Shown here one piece after another: positions 47,790 to 57,973 of a stretch of 64,000 nucleotides of DNA (the first letter of the stretch is position 1; each line of letters starts with the position of its first letter). Below the pieces are notes generated by a model, which saw only the letters and a program-made list of their open reading frames with translations, ran no database searches and was not told the origin of the DNA. The DNA is from Candidatus Eiseniibacteriota bacterium (GTDB lineage Bacteria; Eisenbacteria; RBG-16-71-46; JABDJR01), in NCBI GenBank assembly GCA_963783375.1, contig CAWANH010000029.1:1568001-1632000 (forward strand), written 5' to 3'. The position numbers and the translations under genes are program-made.

Positions 47790-49034
47790 TTACGGCAGCC
47801 GCACGATCCGCGCCGAGCGGCTCCCTCCCCCACCGGTCACGCGCACGAAGTAGATTCCGGCGGGGGCGGGACGGTCCTCCGCGTCGCGACCGTTCCAGGT
47901 CACGGTGATCGGGGCCTCGGGGAGCGCGGTCACCGCGCCTTCCCAGACCCGGCGGCCCTCCACGTCCACCACCCGGACCCGGGCCGCCCCTCCCGCGGGA
48001 AGGGAGAAGCTCACCGCCACCGGGCCGCGGCTGGGATTGGGAAACGGCGCGGCGAGGACGGGGCCGGGAAGGAAACCGGCCGGGACCCCGCTCACCGCGG
48101 GGGCGGTGCGCGTGGCCCACATGGTTCCGTTCATGGCCAGAAGGCTGTCGCGTCCCGAGGCCTCGGCCCAGCCGTCGTAGATGCTGCTGTTCCCGGGGGC
48201 CGCGCTCCCGTCGTCGATCGGAGAGCTGTCCCCGATGAACACGATCCGGCCGTTTCCGTAGGCGGCATGGGCGGCCATGACCCCGGCATTCCCGTGGGAG
48301 AGCCCGTTCATCCATACGTCACCGGTCACGCTCGGGTTGGTCGCGGGGTGGAGGGTCATGGTGGTGCCGTTGTGGAAGGAGAGTATGTCGGCCAGGCCGT
48401 TCACCCCGTTCACCACCGGGTTCTGGGGGTCGGTGTCCACGTTGTCGCTGTCCTGGGTGATGTTGTTGTTGGCTTCGCCGGTGCTGTCGAAGTGGGCCCC
48501 CCAGAGGTGCTGGCGGTCCAGGCGCCCCCAGATCTTCGGGGAGTCCGCCCCGTCATTGTTCCTGTCCGAGCCCGAGTGATCGCAGACCGCCACCAGTCCG
48601 CCCCCGTCCCGCACGTAATCGAAGATCGCGGTGGACTCCGCGGCGGTGAAGACGGTGTTGGGCTCGGGAACGATGAAAACGTCGTAGTTGGAGAGGTCGT
48701 AGGGATTCTGCGCGTCTCCGTAGCTGATCCCGTAGGCCGGGGTCAGGGTGGCCACCTCGTACCCCCGCTTCACCAGGTCGATGGCCCAGGAGGACACCGC
48801 GCCCAGCCAGTAGGTCCGGGGCGTGGACCAGGTCACCGTGCTCTGATCGGGGCTCGGAAGGGGCTGATCGGTGTCGATCTGCCAGTCGGCGTTCCCCGCG
48901 GTCTCGGCGTGGGTGTTGTCGAACAGGGCCCGGGGCGGGTCGGCGGACGCCGGGGCGGTCCGGCCGAGAGAGAACGCGGCGAGGGAGAGGGCGAGAATCG
49001 GGAGCAGGCGGTGCGGACGCATGGATGACCTCAT
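47790..49034 (-). CDS. Secreted protein with GATase-like N-domain and FlgD/T9SS-like C-terminal tail
   Basis: Signal peptide, ALFDNTHAETAGNADW, EPN, DHSGSDRN; tail PNPSRG...WNGRD...GIYFVR. Confidence 0.75.
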   Translation of the reverse strand: MRSSMRPHRLLPILALSLAAFSLGRTAPASADPPRALFDNTHAETAGNADWQIDTDQPLPSPDQSTVTWSTPRTYWLGAVSSWAIDLVKRGYEVATLTPAYGISYGDAQNPYDLSNYDVFIVPEPNTVFTAAESTAIFDYVRDGGGLVAVCDHSGSDRNNDGADSPKIWGRLDRQHLWGAHFDSTGEANNNITQDSDNVDTDPQNPVVNGVNGLADILSFHNGTTMTLHPATNPSVTGDVWMNGLSHGNAGVMAAHAAYGNGRIVFIGDSSPIDDGSAAPGNSSIYDGWAEASGRDSLLAMNGTMWATRTAPAVSGVPAGFLPGPVLAAPFPNPSRGPVAVSFSLPAGGAARVRVVDVEGRRVWEGAVTALPEAPITVTWNGRDAEDRPAPAGIYFVRVTGGGGSRSARIVRLP

Positions 49035-49228
49035 CGGGGTTGGGGGAGCAAAGCGGGGATAATTCTAGCAGACGGGAGGGCGATATCGCCCCGGGGCCGG
49101 CGGCCGCCGCGCCGCGGCCACGGGGGTGCGGGCCGGGCGGCCCGGAGATGCGCCGGGCCAGCGCCCCGCCCCGGGCGTTGGTTGACTCGGGCCGGCGGAA
49201 AAGGCGACGAGATTCCCGGAACGGGACA

Positions 49229-49654
49229 CTAGTCGCGCTTCATCTCGGTCCCGATCCCCACGCCCTTGAACCCCGCGTCACGGATGATGTCCACCAGCCG
49301 CACCACGTCCCCGTGCTCCACCTTCGCCTCCGCCTTGATGGTCACCTGGGTCGCGGGATCCTTGGCCAGAAGCGCTTCCAGGCGCCCCTTGAGGTCGGAG
49401 AGGTCCACGCTCTTCCCGTCCAGGGAGAGGGAACCGCTCTCCCGGAGGACCAGGTCCGCCTGGTGAGGCGGGGTGGCGCTCTCCGGGGTGGAGGTTGTGG
49501 AGGGTGGGAGGCGGAGCTCCAGCTCCCCGACCCGCTTGAAGGTCCCGGTCAGCATGAAGAAGATGAGGAGGAGGAACAGCACGTCGACCAGGGAGGTGAC
49601 GTTCAGGAGCACCTCCTTCCGGGCCCGGCGCTCGCGGAAGACCATCCGGCTCAC
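49229..49654 (-). CDS. exbD: Biopolymer transporter ExbD/TolR
   Basis: NVTSLVDVLFLLLIFFM TM segment with conserved Asp; KAE..V.HG.VV. Confidence 0.92.
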   Translation of the reverse strand: MSRMVFRERRARKEVLLNVTSLVDVLFLLLIFFMLTGTFKRVGELELRLPPSTTSTPESATPPHQADLVLRESGSLSLDGKSVDLSDLKGRLEALLAKDPATQVTIKAEAKVEHGDVVRLVDIIRDAGFKGVGIGTEMKRD

Positions 49655-50274
49655 TCGGTCCCCCCTTCCAGCGGCTCCCGGCGGAGCCGGGTCACCAGGC
49701 GGCTGGCGTGGGCCTCGATGGAGGTGACCAGCCCCTCGGACTTGGCCGAAAGCAGGTTATAGGCGATGAGGGTCGGGATCCCGATTCCCAAGCCGACCGC
49801 GGTGGTGATCATGGCCTCGCTGATCCCCTCCGATAGGGCCTGCGGATTTCCAAGACCGGACACGGATATGGCGTTGAAGACCTTCATCATCCCCAGCACC
49901 GTGCCCAGGAGCCCCACCAGCGGAGCGGCCTGGGCCACGGTCTGGAGCCACACCAGGTGGCGCTCCAGCACGCTGGTCTCCTCGCGGCCCACGTCCAGGG
50001 TGGCGTCGCGCATCACCTCCCATGGCTCCTCGGCGTTCTCGAGCCCCGCCCGCATGATGTTGGCCAGCACGCCGGGGTTCTTGCGCATCACCTCGAGGGC
50101 CAGGCTCAGGTCGCGGGAGGGGCGGACCGCCTCCACCACCTCGATGATCTCGCGCGGCAGGATGCGGCCCCGGCGCAGCGCAATCATCCGCTCGATGGTG
50201 ATGGTGCAGGCCACGAGGCTCAGGAGGCCCAGCGGATAGATGAGCGGGCCGGCCTTGACGAGAAACTCGGTCAT
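49651..50274 (-). CDS. exbB: ExbB/TolQ/MotA proton channel
   Basis: APLVGLLGTVLGM, GISEAMITTAVGL. Confidence 0.92.
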   Translation of the reverse strand: MTEFLVKAGPLIYPLGLLSLVACTITIERMIALRRGRILPREIIEVVEAVRPSRDLSLALEVMRKNPGVLANIMRAGLENAEEPWEVMRDATLDVGREETSVLERHLVWLQTVAQAAPLVGLLGTVLGMMKVFNAISVSGLGNPQALSEGISEAMITTAVGLGIGIPTLIAYNLLSAKSEGLVTSIEAHASRLVTRLRREPLEGGTE

Positions 50275-50358
50275 TCGGGGTCCTCCGTGCCGGCGGCGGG
50301 AAACCGCCCCGGCGAATCGGTTCGTCGCCGGGGCACGGGGCCGCTCCGGCGTATCGGT

Positions 50359-51435
50359 TCAATGGCGCCGGCGCCCCCGCCGCTCCGGGGGCGGCTCCGC
50401 CGGGCGCGGCGCGCGCACGAGCTGGGGATAGACGAGCTTGATCCGGAGTATCAGATCCTTCTCCGGAAAGTCCGGGGGCAGGGGCTCGAAGGGAGCCAGG
50501 GCCCGGAAGGTCAGCGTGCTGGTGTCGACCAGAACGCTGTCCCCCTCCACCTGAAGAACGTTCATCCGCGTGAGCGAGCCGTCCCTGGCGATCTGGAGCT
50601 CGAGCACCTGCGACCCGTGGATCATGCCGATGTAGTAGGCGTACGGAGCCGTCCACTGACGATAGAGGTCCCGGCCGAAGCGCTCCAGCCAGGGAGCGTA
50701 CGCCCAGGCCATGGTGTTGAGGCTGATCCCCCCCGCGGCCAGGGCTCCCCCGTCGGGGTTCCGCATGGCCTCCTGGAGATAGTCGAGATTGGCGATGGGA
50801 CTCAGGAGCTTCAGCCGGTCCGCGACCGCCGGGGACATCGGGGCGGGATCCGAACGCTTGCCGGCATCGGTGGGTTCGAGCGCCGCCTCGAGCGGGGTGT
50901 CCCCCCCGGGCTTTCGGATGACCGGCGAGTCCGCGGGCTCCGACCGGGAGACGGGAAGGGGTTTCGAAGCCGGGGGCCCGGCCGCGGGCGCGTCGGGGGA
51001 AGCCTTGGGATCCGGCCGATCCGCGGGAGGCGCGGCCGCCCGGCCGGCGGCCGGCTCCATCTGCAGCTGGGGAACCTCGGCGTCCCCCTTGAGGCGCGGG
51101 AGATCGCCGTCCGAGGCCCCGGCGCGGACGTCCCGCGCCCGGCTGGTCACGTTGCTGAGGAGTTCCGCATGGTCGGGAGGCTTGTCCGCCCGGTCGGGGG
51201 GAAGTTCGGTGAACTGCCGGGGCTGGTCCGGCTCGGGGGTGGGGGCGAAGACGAACTCGATCGGCTCGGGCGCCGCCGGCTCAACGACCCGGGGGGTGCC
51301 GGGCTTGGCCGCCCAGAGGCCCACCACGACCCCCGCATGGACCACGAGGGTCAGGAGGACGGCGATGAGCCAGGTTCGGGCCCCGGTCCGGTCTCCACGC
51401 TTCCGAGTCGGCAACTGCTTCGCCCTTCGCTCCAA
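50359..51435 (-). CDS. TonB/TolA-like energy transducer
   Basis: TM with His (LVVHAG), Pro-rich linker, C-terminal I.RDG.L...APFEPLP domain; upstream of exbBD. Confidence 0.8.
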   Translation of the reverse strand: MERRAKQLPTRKRGDRTGARTWLIAVLLTLVVHAGVVVGLWAAKPGTPRVVEPAAPEPIEFVFAPTPEPDQPRQFTELPPDRADKPPDHAELLSNVTSRARDVRAGASDGDLPRLKGDAEVPQLQMEPAAGRAAAPPADRPDPKASPDAPAAGPPASKPLPVSRSEPADSPVIRKPGGDTPLEAALEPTDAGKRSDPAPMSPAVADRLKLLSPIANLDYLQEAMRNPDGGALAAGGISLNTMAWAYAPWLERFGRDLYRQWTAPYAYYIGMIHGSQVLELQIARDGSLTRMNVLQVEGDSVLVDTSTLTFRALAPFEPLPPDFPEKDLILRIKLVYPQLVRAPRPAEPPPERRGRRRH

Positions 51436-52036
51436 ACCCCAGGAAAATAAACGGACCGGCCGGCCATCGCCATCCGGAGCCCCCCAGGCGGCCGGCGGGG
51501 GACGGCGTCGACCCAGGGCGCCGGATCCACACCCTTTCTCCTGGGGCCGGGTTCACGCCGAACTCCGGCCCCTCGCTTGGGTCCGCAGCCGGCTGGAGGT
51601 GATACCCCGGGACCGGCCATCCCCTTCCGGACGGCGGGCCTTCGGATTCCACCCGTCCACGAGCCCGCCCCGGAGCCCTCAGCCTACCTAACTGGTTGGG
51701 AGGGTAGATAGTACCGGCTTCCCTCCCCTCTTACCCCCGGAATATGCCAGAGAGGCGGCACGAGTTGGACAAGTGCGACCGGTAGCAGGCGGCCCCGGGC
51801 CGCCGACGGGGGCCGGGGAGGACACATGATAAATTTGATCATTTGTACTCCAACGATGCATCAATTTTTGTCGTATTTCGGGTTCGGTCCTCTGGACGAT
51901 GGATTCGGCCGCGCCTATAGTCGCAGCAAGACCTTTCGTTGGTCGGCACACAGACGGCTAGCGAGCCACGCCGCAAGAGCCCGCCGCCATCCCGAGCCCC
52001 CATCGAGTGATTTGTCTCTCGGGAATCGAGGTAATC

Positions 52037-53662
52037 ATGATGCGCCCCGCTCAGCCCAAGGTGCTCCTTGTATATCCCCGCTTCGCTCCCCATTCGTTCT
52101 GGAACTACCAGGCCACCTGCGAGCTGGTGGGGGCCCGCTACTCCGCTACCCCCCTCGGCCTCATCACCGTGGCCGCTCTCCTCCCCCCCGAGTGGCCCGT
52201 CCGCCTGCTCAACCGCAACACGGAGCTGCTCACCGACGAGGACATCGCGTGGGCCGACCTCGTCATGACCGGTGGGATGCTCCCGCAGCAAAGGGATACC
52301 GAGCGCGTGATCGCGCTCGCCCAGGCCCAGGGCAAGCCCGTGGTCGTCGGCGGCCCCGACGTCACCTCGAGCCCCCACATGTACGCGGAGGCGGAGTTCA
52401 AGGTTCTCGGCGAGGCCGAAGACGTGATGGATGAGTTTCTGGCCGCCTGGCGGTCCGGGGCATCGAACGGCGTGTTCACCGCCGACGGCTTTCCCGACAT
52501 CACCCGATCTCCCGTCCCCCGTTTCGATCTCCTGAAGTTCCAGCACTACATGCACGTCGGCGTCCAGGTCTCACGAGGGTGCCCGTTCAGCTGCGAGTTC
52601 TGCAACGTGATCGAGCTGAACGGCCGGGTGCCCCGGGTGAAGGAGCCCGCCCAGGTACTCCGGGAGCTGGACGCCCTCTACGCCCTGGGCTACCGGGGCC
52701 ACGTCGATTTCGTGGACGACAACCTGATCGGGAACCGGCGGGCGGTGAAGCCCTTCCTCCGCGCCCTGGCGGGCTGGCTCGAGGAACACCGCCATCCCTT
52801 CGAGTTCTCGACCGAAACGAGCATCAACGTGTCCGATGACGAGGAGCTGCTCGGCCTCATGAAGCGCGCGAACTTCTTTGCGGTGTTCGTGGGGATCGAG
52901 ACGCCGGACGCCGATTCGCTCCAGGAGGCGGGGAAACTCCAGAACACGCGCCGGGACATCCCGGCCAGCATCCGGCGGATCTACGGGGCCGGCATGTTCG
53001 TGAACGCGGGATTCATCATCGGGTTCGACGCGGAGAAGAAGAGCATGGCCGAGGCCATGATCGCCTGCATCGAGGAAGCCGCCATCCCGGTCTGCATGGT
53101 GGGCCTGCTCTACGCCCTGCCCAACACCCGCCTCTCGCGACGGCTGGCCGGCGAGGGCCGGCTTCACGCGCTCTCCGACCGGCACAAGGCGGAGGGGGAC
53201 GCGGACCAGTGCACATCGGGGCTCAACTTCGACACCGCCCGGCCTCGGGCCGAGATGATCGAGGACTACCGGACGGTGCTCCGCCGCATCTACGAACCCC
53301 GGGCTTATTTCGCCCGCGTCGGCCGGCTCGCGCGGGCCCTGGACGTGCGGGGCCACCGCTTGCGGCAGCCGCCGAAGAGGATCCTGCGGGATCTCCGCGC
53401 CGTTCGCCGGATCGCGCTCCAGGTCGGGCTGAAGGACCGGGCGGCACGAGGCCCGTTCTGGAGAGCGGTCTTCGACTGCCTGTTTCACAACCCCAGGGCC
53501 CTTCGCGCCGTGTTCTCCCACGGCGCCCTCTACGTTCACCTTGGTCCCTACTCGGGGTTCCTCGACGCCCGCATGGCGGAGCGTCTCATTCCGGCCGGCA
53601 CGTGCGAGGAGCGCCTCGCCGCCCTCACCCCCGAATTGACCGCCGCATCCGGGAGACCGTAG
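52037..53662 (+). CDS. B12-binding radical SAM protein with DUF4070-like C-terminus
   Basis: PLGLITVAALLP, VVVGGPD, SRGCPFSCEFC, DDNLIGN, GIETP, GFIIGFD. Confidence 0.92.
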   Translation: MMRPAQPKVLLVYPRFAPHSFWNYQATCELVGARYSATPLGLITVAALLPPEWPVRLLNRNTELLTDEDIAWADLVMTGGMLPQQRDTERVIALAQAQGKPVVVGGPDVTSSPHMYAEAEFKVLGEAEDVMDEFLAAWRSGASNGVFTADGFPDITRSPVPRFDLLKFQHYMHVGVQVSRGCPFSCEFCNVIELNGRVPRVKEPAQVLRELDALYALGYRGHVDFVDDNLIGNRRAVKPFLRALAGWLEEHRHPFEFSTETSINVSDDEELLGLMKRANFFAVFVGIETPDADSLQEAGKLQNTRRDIPASIRRIYGAGMFVNAGFIIGFDAEKKSMAEAMIACIEEAAIPVCMVGLLYALPNTRLSRRLAGEGRLHALSDRHKAEGDADQCTSGLNFDTARPRAEMIEDYRTVLRRIYEPRAYFARVGRLARALDVRGHRLRQPPKRILRDLRAVRRIALQVGLKDRAARGPFWRAVFDCLFHNPRALRAVFSHGALYVHLGPYSGFLDARMAERLIPAGTCEERLAALTPELTAASGRP

Positions 53663-53720
53663 CCGGCCGGTGGAAGGCGGGGACCCGGTGGGCTCACCGG
53701 GATGTTCCGAGCTCCCGGCG

Positions 53721-55055
53721 CTACGGCACCAGATCCCGGGTGAGGTTCTCGCGGCCCTTGCCGGTGACCAGCACGTCGTCTTCCACCCGGATGCCGCCGA
53801 GCTTGGTCAGGGTGTCGATCAGCCTCCACGAAAACGCCTTCGCGTGCTTTCCTTCCCGCCACGGCCGGAGCAGCATGGGGATGAAGTAGAGCCCGGGCTC
53901 GATGGTGACCACGTGCCCGGTGTCGAGATCCCGCGTGGTGCGAAGGTAGGGGTGCTCGGGCGGGGCCGGGACCTCGCCCCCGGTGACCGCCGCCTGACGG
54001 CCTCCCACGTCGTGCACCTGGATGCCGAGGTGGTGACCCAGCCCATGGGGCAGGAACGGGCGAGTCATGCCCGCATCGTAGGCCTCGTCGGCGCTCACCT
54101 TGAACACCCCGGCCTCCTCGAGGATCGCCGCCACGCCGCGGTGCGCCGCGGCGTGGAGCTCCACGAAGGGTTTCCCCGGTGCGACCCGGCTCACCAGGTC
54201 GAGCTGCATACGGTCCATGCCCTTCAGGATCTCACGGAAGACGGGGTGCGCGTCCTTGGCGGCGTAGGTGCGCGTGATGTCGCTGGCGTAACCCCAGAAG
54301 GCACCGCCGGCATCGATCAGTAGAACGTGGCCCGGTTTGGGGTCCCCGGTGCGCTTGCTCTGATAGTGCAACGTGGATGCCGCCGCGTCCCAGGCGATGA
54401 TGTTGCCGTAGGGAAGCTCATGCTCCAGGAGCCCGCTCGCCGCCAGGTAGCGCGCGTGAAGCTCCCGCTCGCTTTGGCCCTTCTTCATTCCCTTCCGAAC
54501 CGCGGCGTGGCCGCGCGCGGCGATCTCCGCCGCGGCCCGGATGCAGAACACCTCATAGGGCGTCTTGTAGGCGCGCTCCCAGTCCAGCGGGGCGAGCAGG
54601 GCCGGCGGTTCCACGCCCTCCACCGGCACGCCGAGCGCAGCCGCCATCTTCGCCGAGGGTCCGACGTAGGCCATGCGGGCACAGTCACCCGCCGTCTTGA
54701 CCGCCGCCTCCGTCGAACCGACGGTCACGACGTCCAGGGTCTTCAGGAAGGGATGTTTGGGGTCCGCCGGAGCCTCGTACCAGTAGTCTTCGGGAACGAC
54801 CCGGATGAGCTTGGGTCGTCGGCCGGGGCGGAAGACCAGCAGATGATCGGGGCCGGGCACCGGAGCCCATCGCGCGAAGTGCGGGGTGGGCTTGAAGGCG
54901 ATGTCGTGATCGTCGGCATGGTAGTAGGCCGTCTCTCCGGCGTGAAAGACGATTCCGTCGAAGGGGTGTCCCGCTTCGGCGGAGAGCGCGAGGGCATTCG
55001 CGGCCGACCCGGAGATCGCGTCGAGGTGTTCGGTGTAGAGCGGCTTCCAGTTCAC
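53721..55055 (-). CDS. pepQ: Xaa-Pro dipeptidase (prolidase)
   Basis: PYGNII, LHY, IDAG, YASDITRT, PHGLGHHLG.QVHDVGG, TIEPGLYF, GGIRVED. Confidence 0.92.
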   Translation of the reverse strand: MNWKPLYTEHLDAISGSAANALALSAEAGHPFDGIVFHAGETAYYHADDHDIAFKPTPHFARWAPVPGPDHLLVFRPGRRPKLIRVVPEDYWYEAPADPKHPFLKTLDVVTVGSTEAAVKTAGDCARMAYVGPSAKMAAALGVPVEGVEPPALLAPLDWERAYKTPYEVFCIRAAAEIAARGHAAVRKGMKKGQSERELHARYLAASGLLEHELPYGNIIAWDAAASTLHYQSKRTGDPKPGHVLLIDAGGAFWGYASDITRTYAAKDAHPVFREILKGMDRMQLDLVSRVAPGKPFVELHAAAHRGVAAILEEAGVFKVSADEAYDAGMTRPFLPHGLGHHLGIQVHDVGGRQAAVTGGEVPAPPEHPYLRTTRDLDTGHVVTIEPGLYFIPMLLRPWREGKHAKAFSWRLIDTLTKLGGIRVEDDVLVTGKGRENLTRDLVP

Positions 55056-55183
55056 GGTCCGATACCTCCGGAGCTTGAGGGAACGGCGAGGATACCACGG
55101 CGAGGCGAATGAAGGTGTCCCCGCACGCCCCCCGAGCCTTAGACTTCCGGCCTGGATCCGTTTCGACGCAGAGGAGGTGAGGC

Positions 55184-56140
55184 TTGTCCGACAAGTTTCC
55201 GGCGATCGAGCCGTACGAGAGCGGCATGCTCGACGTGGGCGACGGGCATCGCGTCTATTGGGAGTGTTGCGGCAACCCGGCCGGAAGGCCCGCGGTCTAC
55301 CTCCACGGCGGGCCCGGGGCCGGCTTCACCCCGGGGGCGCGACGGTACTTCGATCCCGCTGCATACCGTGTCGTGCTGTTCGATCAGCGCGGATCCGGGC
55401 GAAGCCGTCCCCTGGCCGATGAGCCCGGCGCGGACCTGGCCACCAACACCACTCCCCACCTCATCGCCGACATGGAGGCTCTCCGCCGCAGTCATGGAAT
55501 CGAGCGGTGGACCGTTCTGGGCGTCTCCTGGGGCACCACCCTGGGCCTGGCCTACGCCCAGAAGCACCCGGAGCGGGTCGAGGCGCTGGTGCTGGCGCTG
55601 GTGACCACCACGTCCCGCCGCGAGGTTGAATGGCTGACCCGAGACGTCGGGCGCCTCTTCCCGGAGGAATGGAACCGGTTTGCCGCCGCCGTTCCCGACG
55701 GGATGCGCCACCTGCCCCTGGTCGACGCCTACGCGGAGCTGCTGTTCGACGCCGACCCCGCGGTGCGCGACCGGGCGGCGCGGGAGTGGTGCGCCTGGGA
55801 GGACGCCCACGTCTCCCTCTCCCCCGGCCACGTCCCCTATCCGCGTTTCGAGGACCCGGAATTCCGCCTGCGGTTCGCGCGCCTGGTGACCCACTACTGG
55901 CGGCACGCCGCGTTCCTGGAGGACGACCAGCTGATTCGCGACGCGGCGGTCCTGAACGGCATACCCGGCGTGCTCATCCACGGCCGGTTCGACGTCAGCA
56001 GCCCGATCGAGACCCCCTGGCGGCTCTCCCGGCGCTGGACCACCAGCCGGCTCCAGGTCCTGGCCGACACCGGCCACGGCGGCGAGGGGAGCTTCCCGGC
56101 CGCCATCGTGGACGCCCTGAACCGGTTCGCGGCAACGTAG
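55184..56140 (+). CDS. pip: Proline iminopeptidase
   Basis: GNPAG.P.VYLHGGPG, FDQRGSGRSRP, G.SWG.TL.LAYAQ.HP, IHGRFD; GAGGAGG before TTG. Confidence 0.92.
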   Translation: MSDKFPAIEPYESGMLDVGDGHRVYWECCGNPAGRPAVYLHGGPGAGFTPGARRYFDPAAYRVVLFDQRGSGRSRPLADEPGADLATNTTPHLIADMEALRRSHGIERWTVLGVSWGTTLGLAYAQKHPERVEALVLALVTTTSRREVEWLTRDVGRLFPEEWNRFAAAVPDGMRHLPLVDAYAELLFDADPAVRDRAAREWCAWEDAHVSLSPGHVPYPRFEDPEFRLRFARLVTHYWRHAAFLEDDQLIRDAAVLNGIPGVLIHGRFDVSSPIETPWRLSRRWTTSRLQVLADTGHGGEGSFPAAIVDALNRFAAT

Positions 56141-56221
56141 CCGTCGGGTCCGGGCAAGCCCCCGCACCGGCCGACGGGGAAACCGGGGCGGTCCGACCCG
56201 AAGCGCGGAGGGAGTTCGGCG

Positions 56222-56806
56222 TCAGGGAGCGCCGTGGGTCGTGGTCTCGAAGTCCCTGGGATCGAACCCCTGCCGGACGAGGATGGCGAAGGCCCGGTTC
56301 AGGACCTCGGGATCGGGGGCCGGGTTCCGGGCGAGCACCCACCCGTACTTCCGGTCGGGAGACCCCACCACCGCGAACTCGTAGTTCTCCCCCAGGCCCA
56401 GAATCCAGTAGTCGCCCCAGAAGGGCCGGATACCCAGGAAGCTGAAGAAGCTCACCTTCAGACGGGAGCGGGTCTCGGGGTCCACCACCCGGGCGATCCC
56501 CCGGGCCTCGTCGATCTCTCCGTTCCCCTTGCCGCAGCGGTTGACCACGTCCAGCCGGCCGTCGTCCCGGAGCGAGTACGTGGCGGTGGTCCCGCCCACG
56601 CACTGCTTCTGGAATCGATTGGGGATCTTGGCCAGCTCGTACCAGGTGCCGGTGTACCGATCGAGATCCACCCGGGCCACGGGGACCGGCTCGCCCCGGC
56701 CAGACGCAGACGGGCTCGAACCCGCCACCGGGCTCCCGAGCCCGGCCAGGCAGAAGGTCGTCGCCACGATACACGAGACGCGCACATGGAAGGCGGGAAC
56801 TCTCAT
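56222..56806 (-). CDS. blc: Bacterial lipocalin
   Basis: VDLDRYTGTWYELA, LKVSFF, GDYWIL, WVLAR; GAGGTG before ATG 56806. Confidence 0.9.
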   Translation of the reverse strand: MRVPAFHVRVSCIVATTFCLAGLGSPVAGSSPSASGRGEPVPVARVDLDRYTGTWYELAKIPNRFQKQCVGGTTATYSLRDDGRLDVVNRCGKGNGEIDEARGIARVVDPETRSRLKVSFFSFLGIRPFWGDYWILGLGENYEFAVVGSPDRKYGWVLARNPAPDPEVLNRAFAILVRQGFDPRDFETTTHGAP

Positions 56807-56936
56807 ATCGTCACCTCGATTGCCGGTTCGCGCGCCGGTCGGAAGGGAAGGCATCGGGGGACCCGGCGTCCCCCGATGTTCCCGGTGAATCCGGTAACCG
56901 GAACCGGTTTGCCGGAACGGCATGAAGCGATTACTC

Positions 56937-57662
56937 CTACGACTCCGGAGTCAGGGACACCACGGTGCTCCCGTCCCCGGGACTGTCCACGGAAACGATG
57001 GCGCCCAGGCTCCCGTTCCCCACGAACCCGGTGGCGAAGACCGAGTAGTTGATGCCGCCGTCCAGGCCCACGCCGGGGAAGCTCAGCACCACGGTGTCGG
57101 TGCCGGCCAGGCGGACCTGGAGATCATACGACCCCGCGGGGACCTCCAGATACTGGCCGGCCTTGGAGAAGGCAACGTTTCCGAAGAGTACCGTGCCGTC
57201 GGCCAGGGTGATGTCCACGGAGGGCGCGTCGGGCGAGGTGTGGACGAAGCGGACCTGGGCCTTCCCGGCCATGGTCGAGAGATCGTCCACGAGGACGACG
57301 GGAGCGATGGCGGCGAGCCGGCCGGTCGCCGCCACGGTGTAGGCGGTCCCCGCGGCGAGGGTGACTTCGGCATCGATCACCACCGGCTGGGTGGCGCCGG
57401 CCGGGGTCACCTGGACGCGATAATCGCCGGCGGGAAGATCGAGATAGTTGCCGAACAGGCCGTAGGGAACGCCGCTCAGCACCACCGAGCCGTTCACCCA
57501 AACGTCCACCGCGGGGGCGTCGGGGGAGAGGTGGGCCACGCGCAGGGAGGCGGTCGCCACCGGGGCCATGACGTTGTCGTCGTCGCTGGAACACCCCGCC
57601 GCGCCCAGGGCCACCGCGAGAATCATGCTCAATCTGGTCATCATCAGGAACGTGCGACTCAT
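56937..57662 (-). CDS. DUF4397 lipoprotein
   Basis: Lipobox AAGC; two RVAHLSPDAPAVD / RFVHTSPDAPSVD repeats. Confidence 0.88.
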   Translation of the reverse strand: MSRTFLMMTRLSMILAVALGAAGCSSDDDNVMAPVATASLRVAHLSPDAPAVDVWVNGSVVLSGVPYGLFGNYLDLPAGDYRVQVTPAGATQPVVIDAEVTLAAGTAYTVAATGRLAAIAPVVLVDDLSTMAGKAQVRFVHTSPDAPSVDITLADGTVLFGNVAFSKAGQYLEVPAGSYDLQVRLAGTDTVVLSFPGVGLDGGINYSVFATGFVGNGSLGAIVSVDSPGDGSTVVSLTPES

Positions 57663-57731
57663 TGTTTTCTCCTCATCGAGTTGCTTGGGGTAGAGATAAG
57701 GGGGCCGGCCCCCCACTCGGATCCGCACGGC

Positions 57732-57950
57732 TCAGGCCGCGGGGGCCGTCCGCCAGCGCCGCTGAATGAACTTCCAGGTCGAGGCCTGGTACAGGGCGCC
57801 GAGGCCGACCAGCACGTAGACCAGCCGGCTCACCGCCGTGGCGTCGCCGAACAGCGTGGTCACGAGGTTGAAGTCGAACAGGCCGACCAGGCCCCAGTTG
57901 AGGCCGCCCACGACCAGCAGAACGGCGAAGAGGACATCCATGGACTTCAT
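57732..57950 (-). CDS. DUF378 small membrane protein
   Basis: GGLNWGLVGLF.FNLV..LFG, YVLVGL. Confidence 0.9.
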   Translation of the reverse strand: MKSMDVLFAVLLVVGGLNWGLVGLFDFNLVTTLFGDATAVSRLVYVLVGLGALYQASTWKFIQRRWRTAPAA

Positions 57951-57973
57951 GACTTGATTTCCTTTCCGGGAAA

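Noticed and set aside
51436-52036. Cobalamin riboswitch or ncRNA between tonB and the B12 radical SAM gene
   Set aside because: I could not find B12-box or other conserved riboswitch motifs by eye; an Rfam/Infernal scan is needed to exclude it
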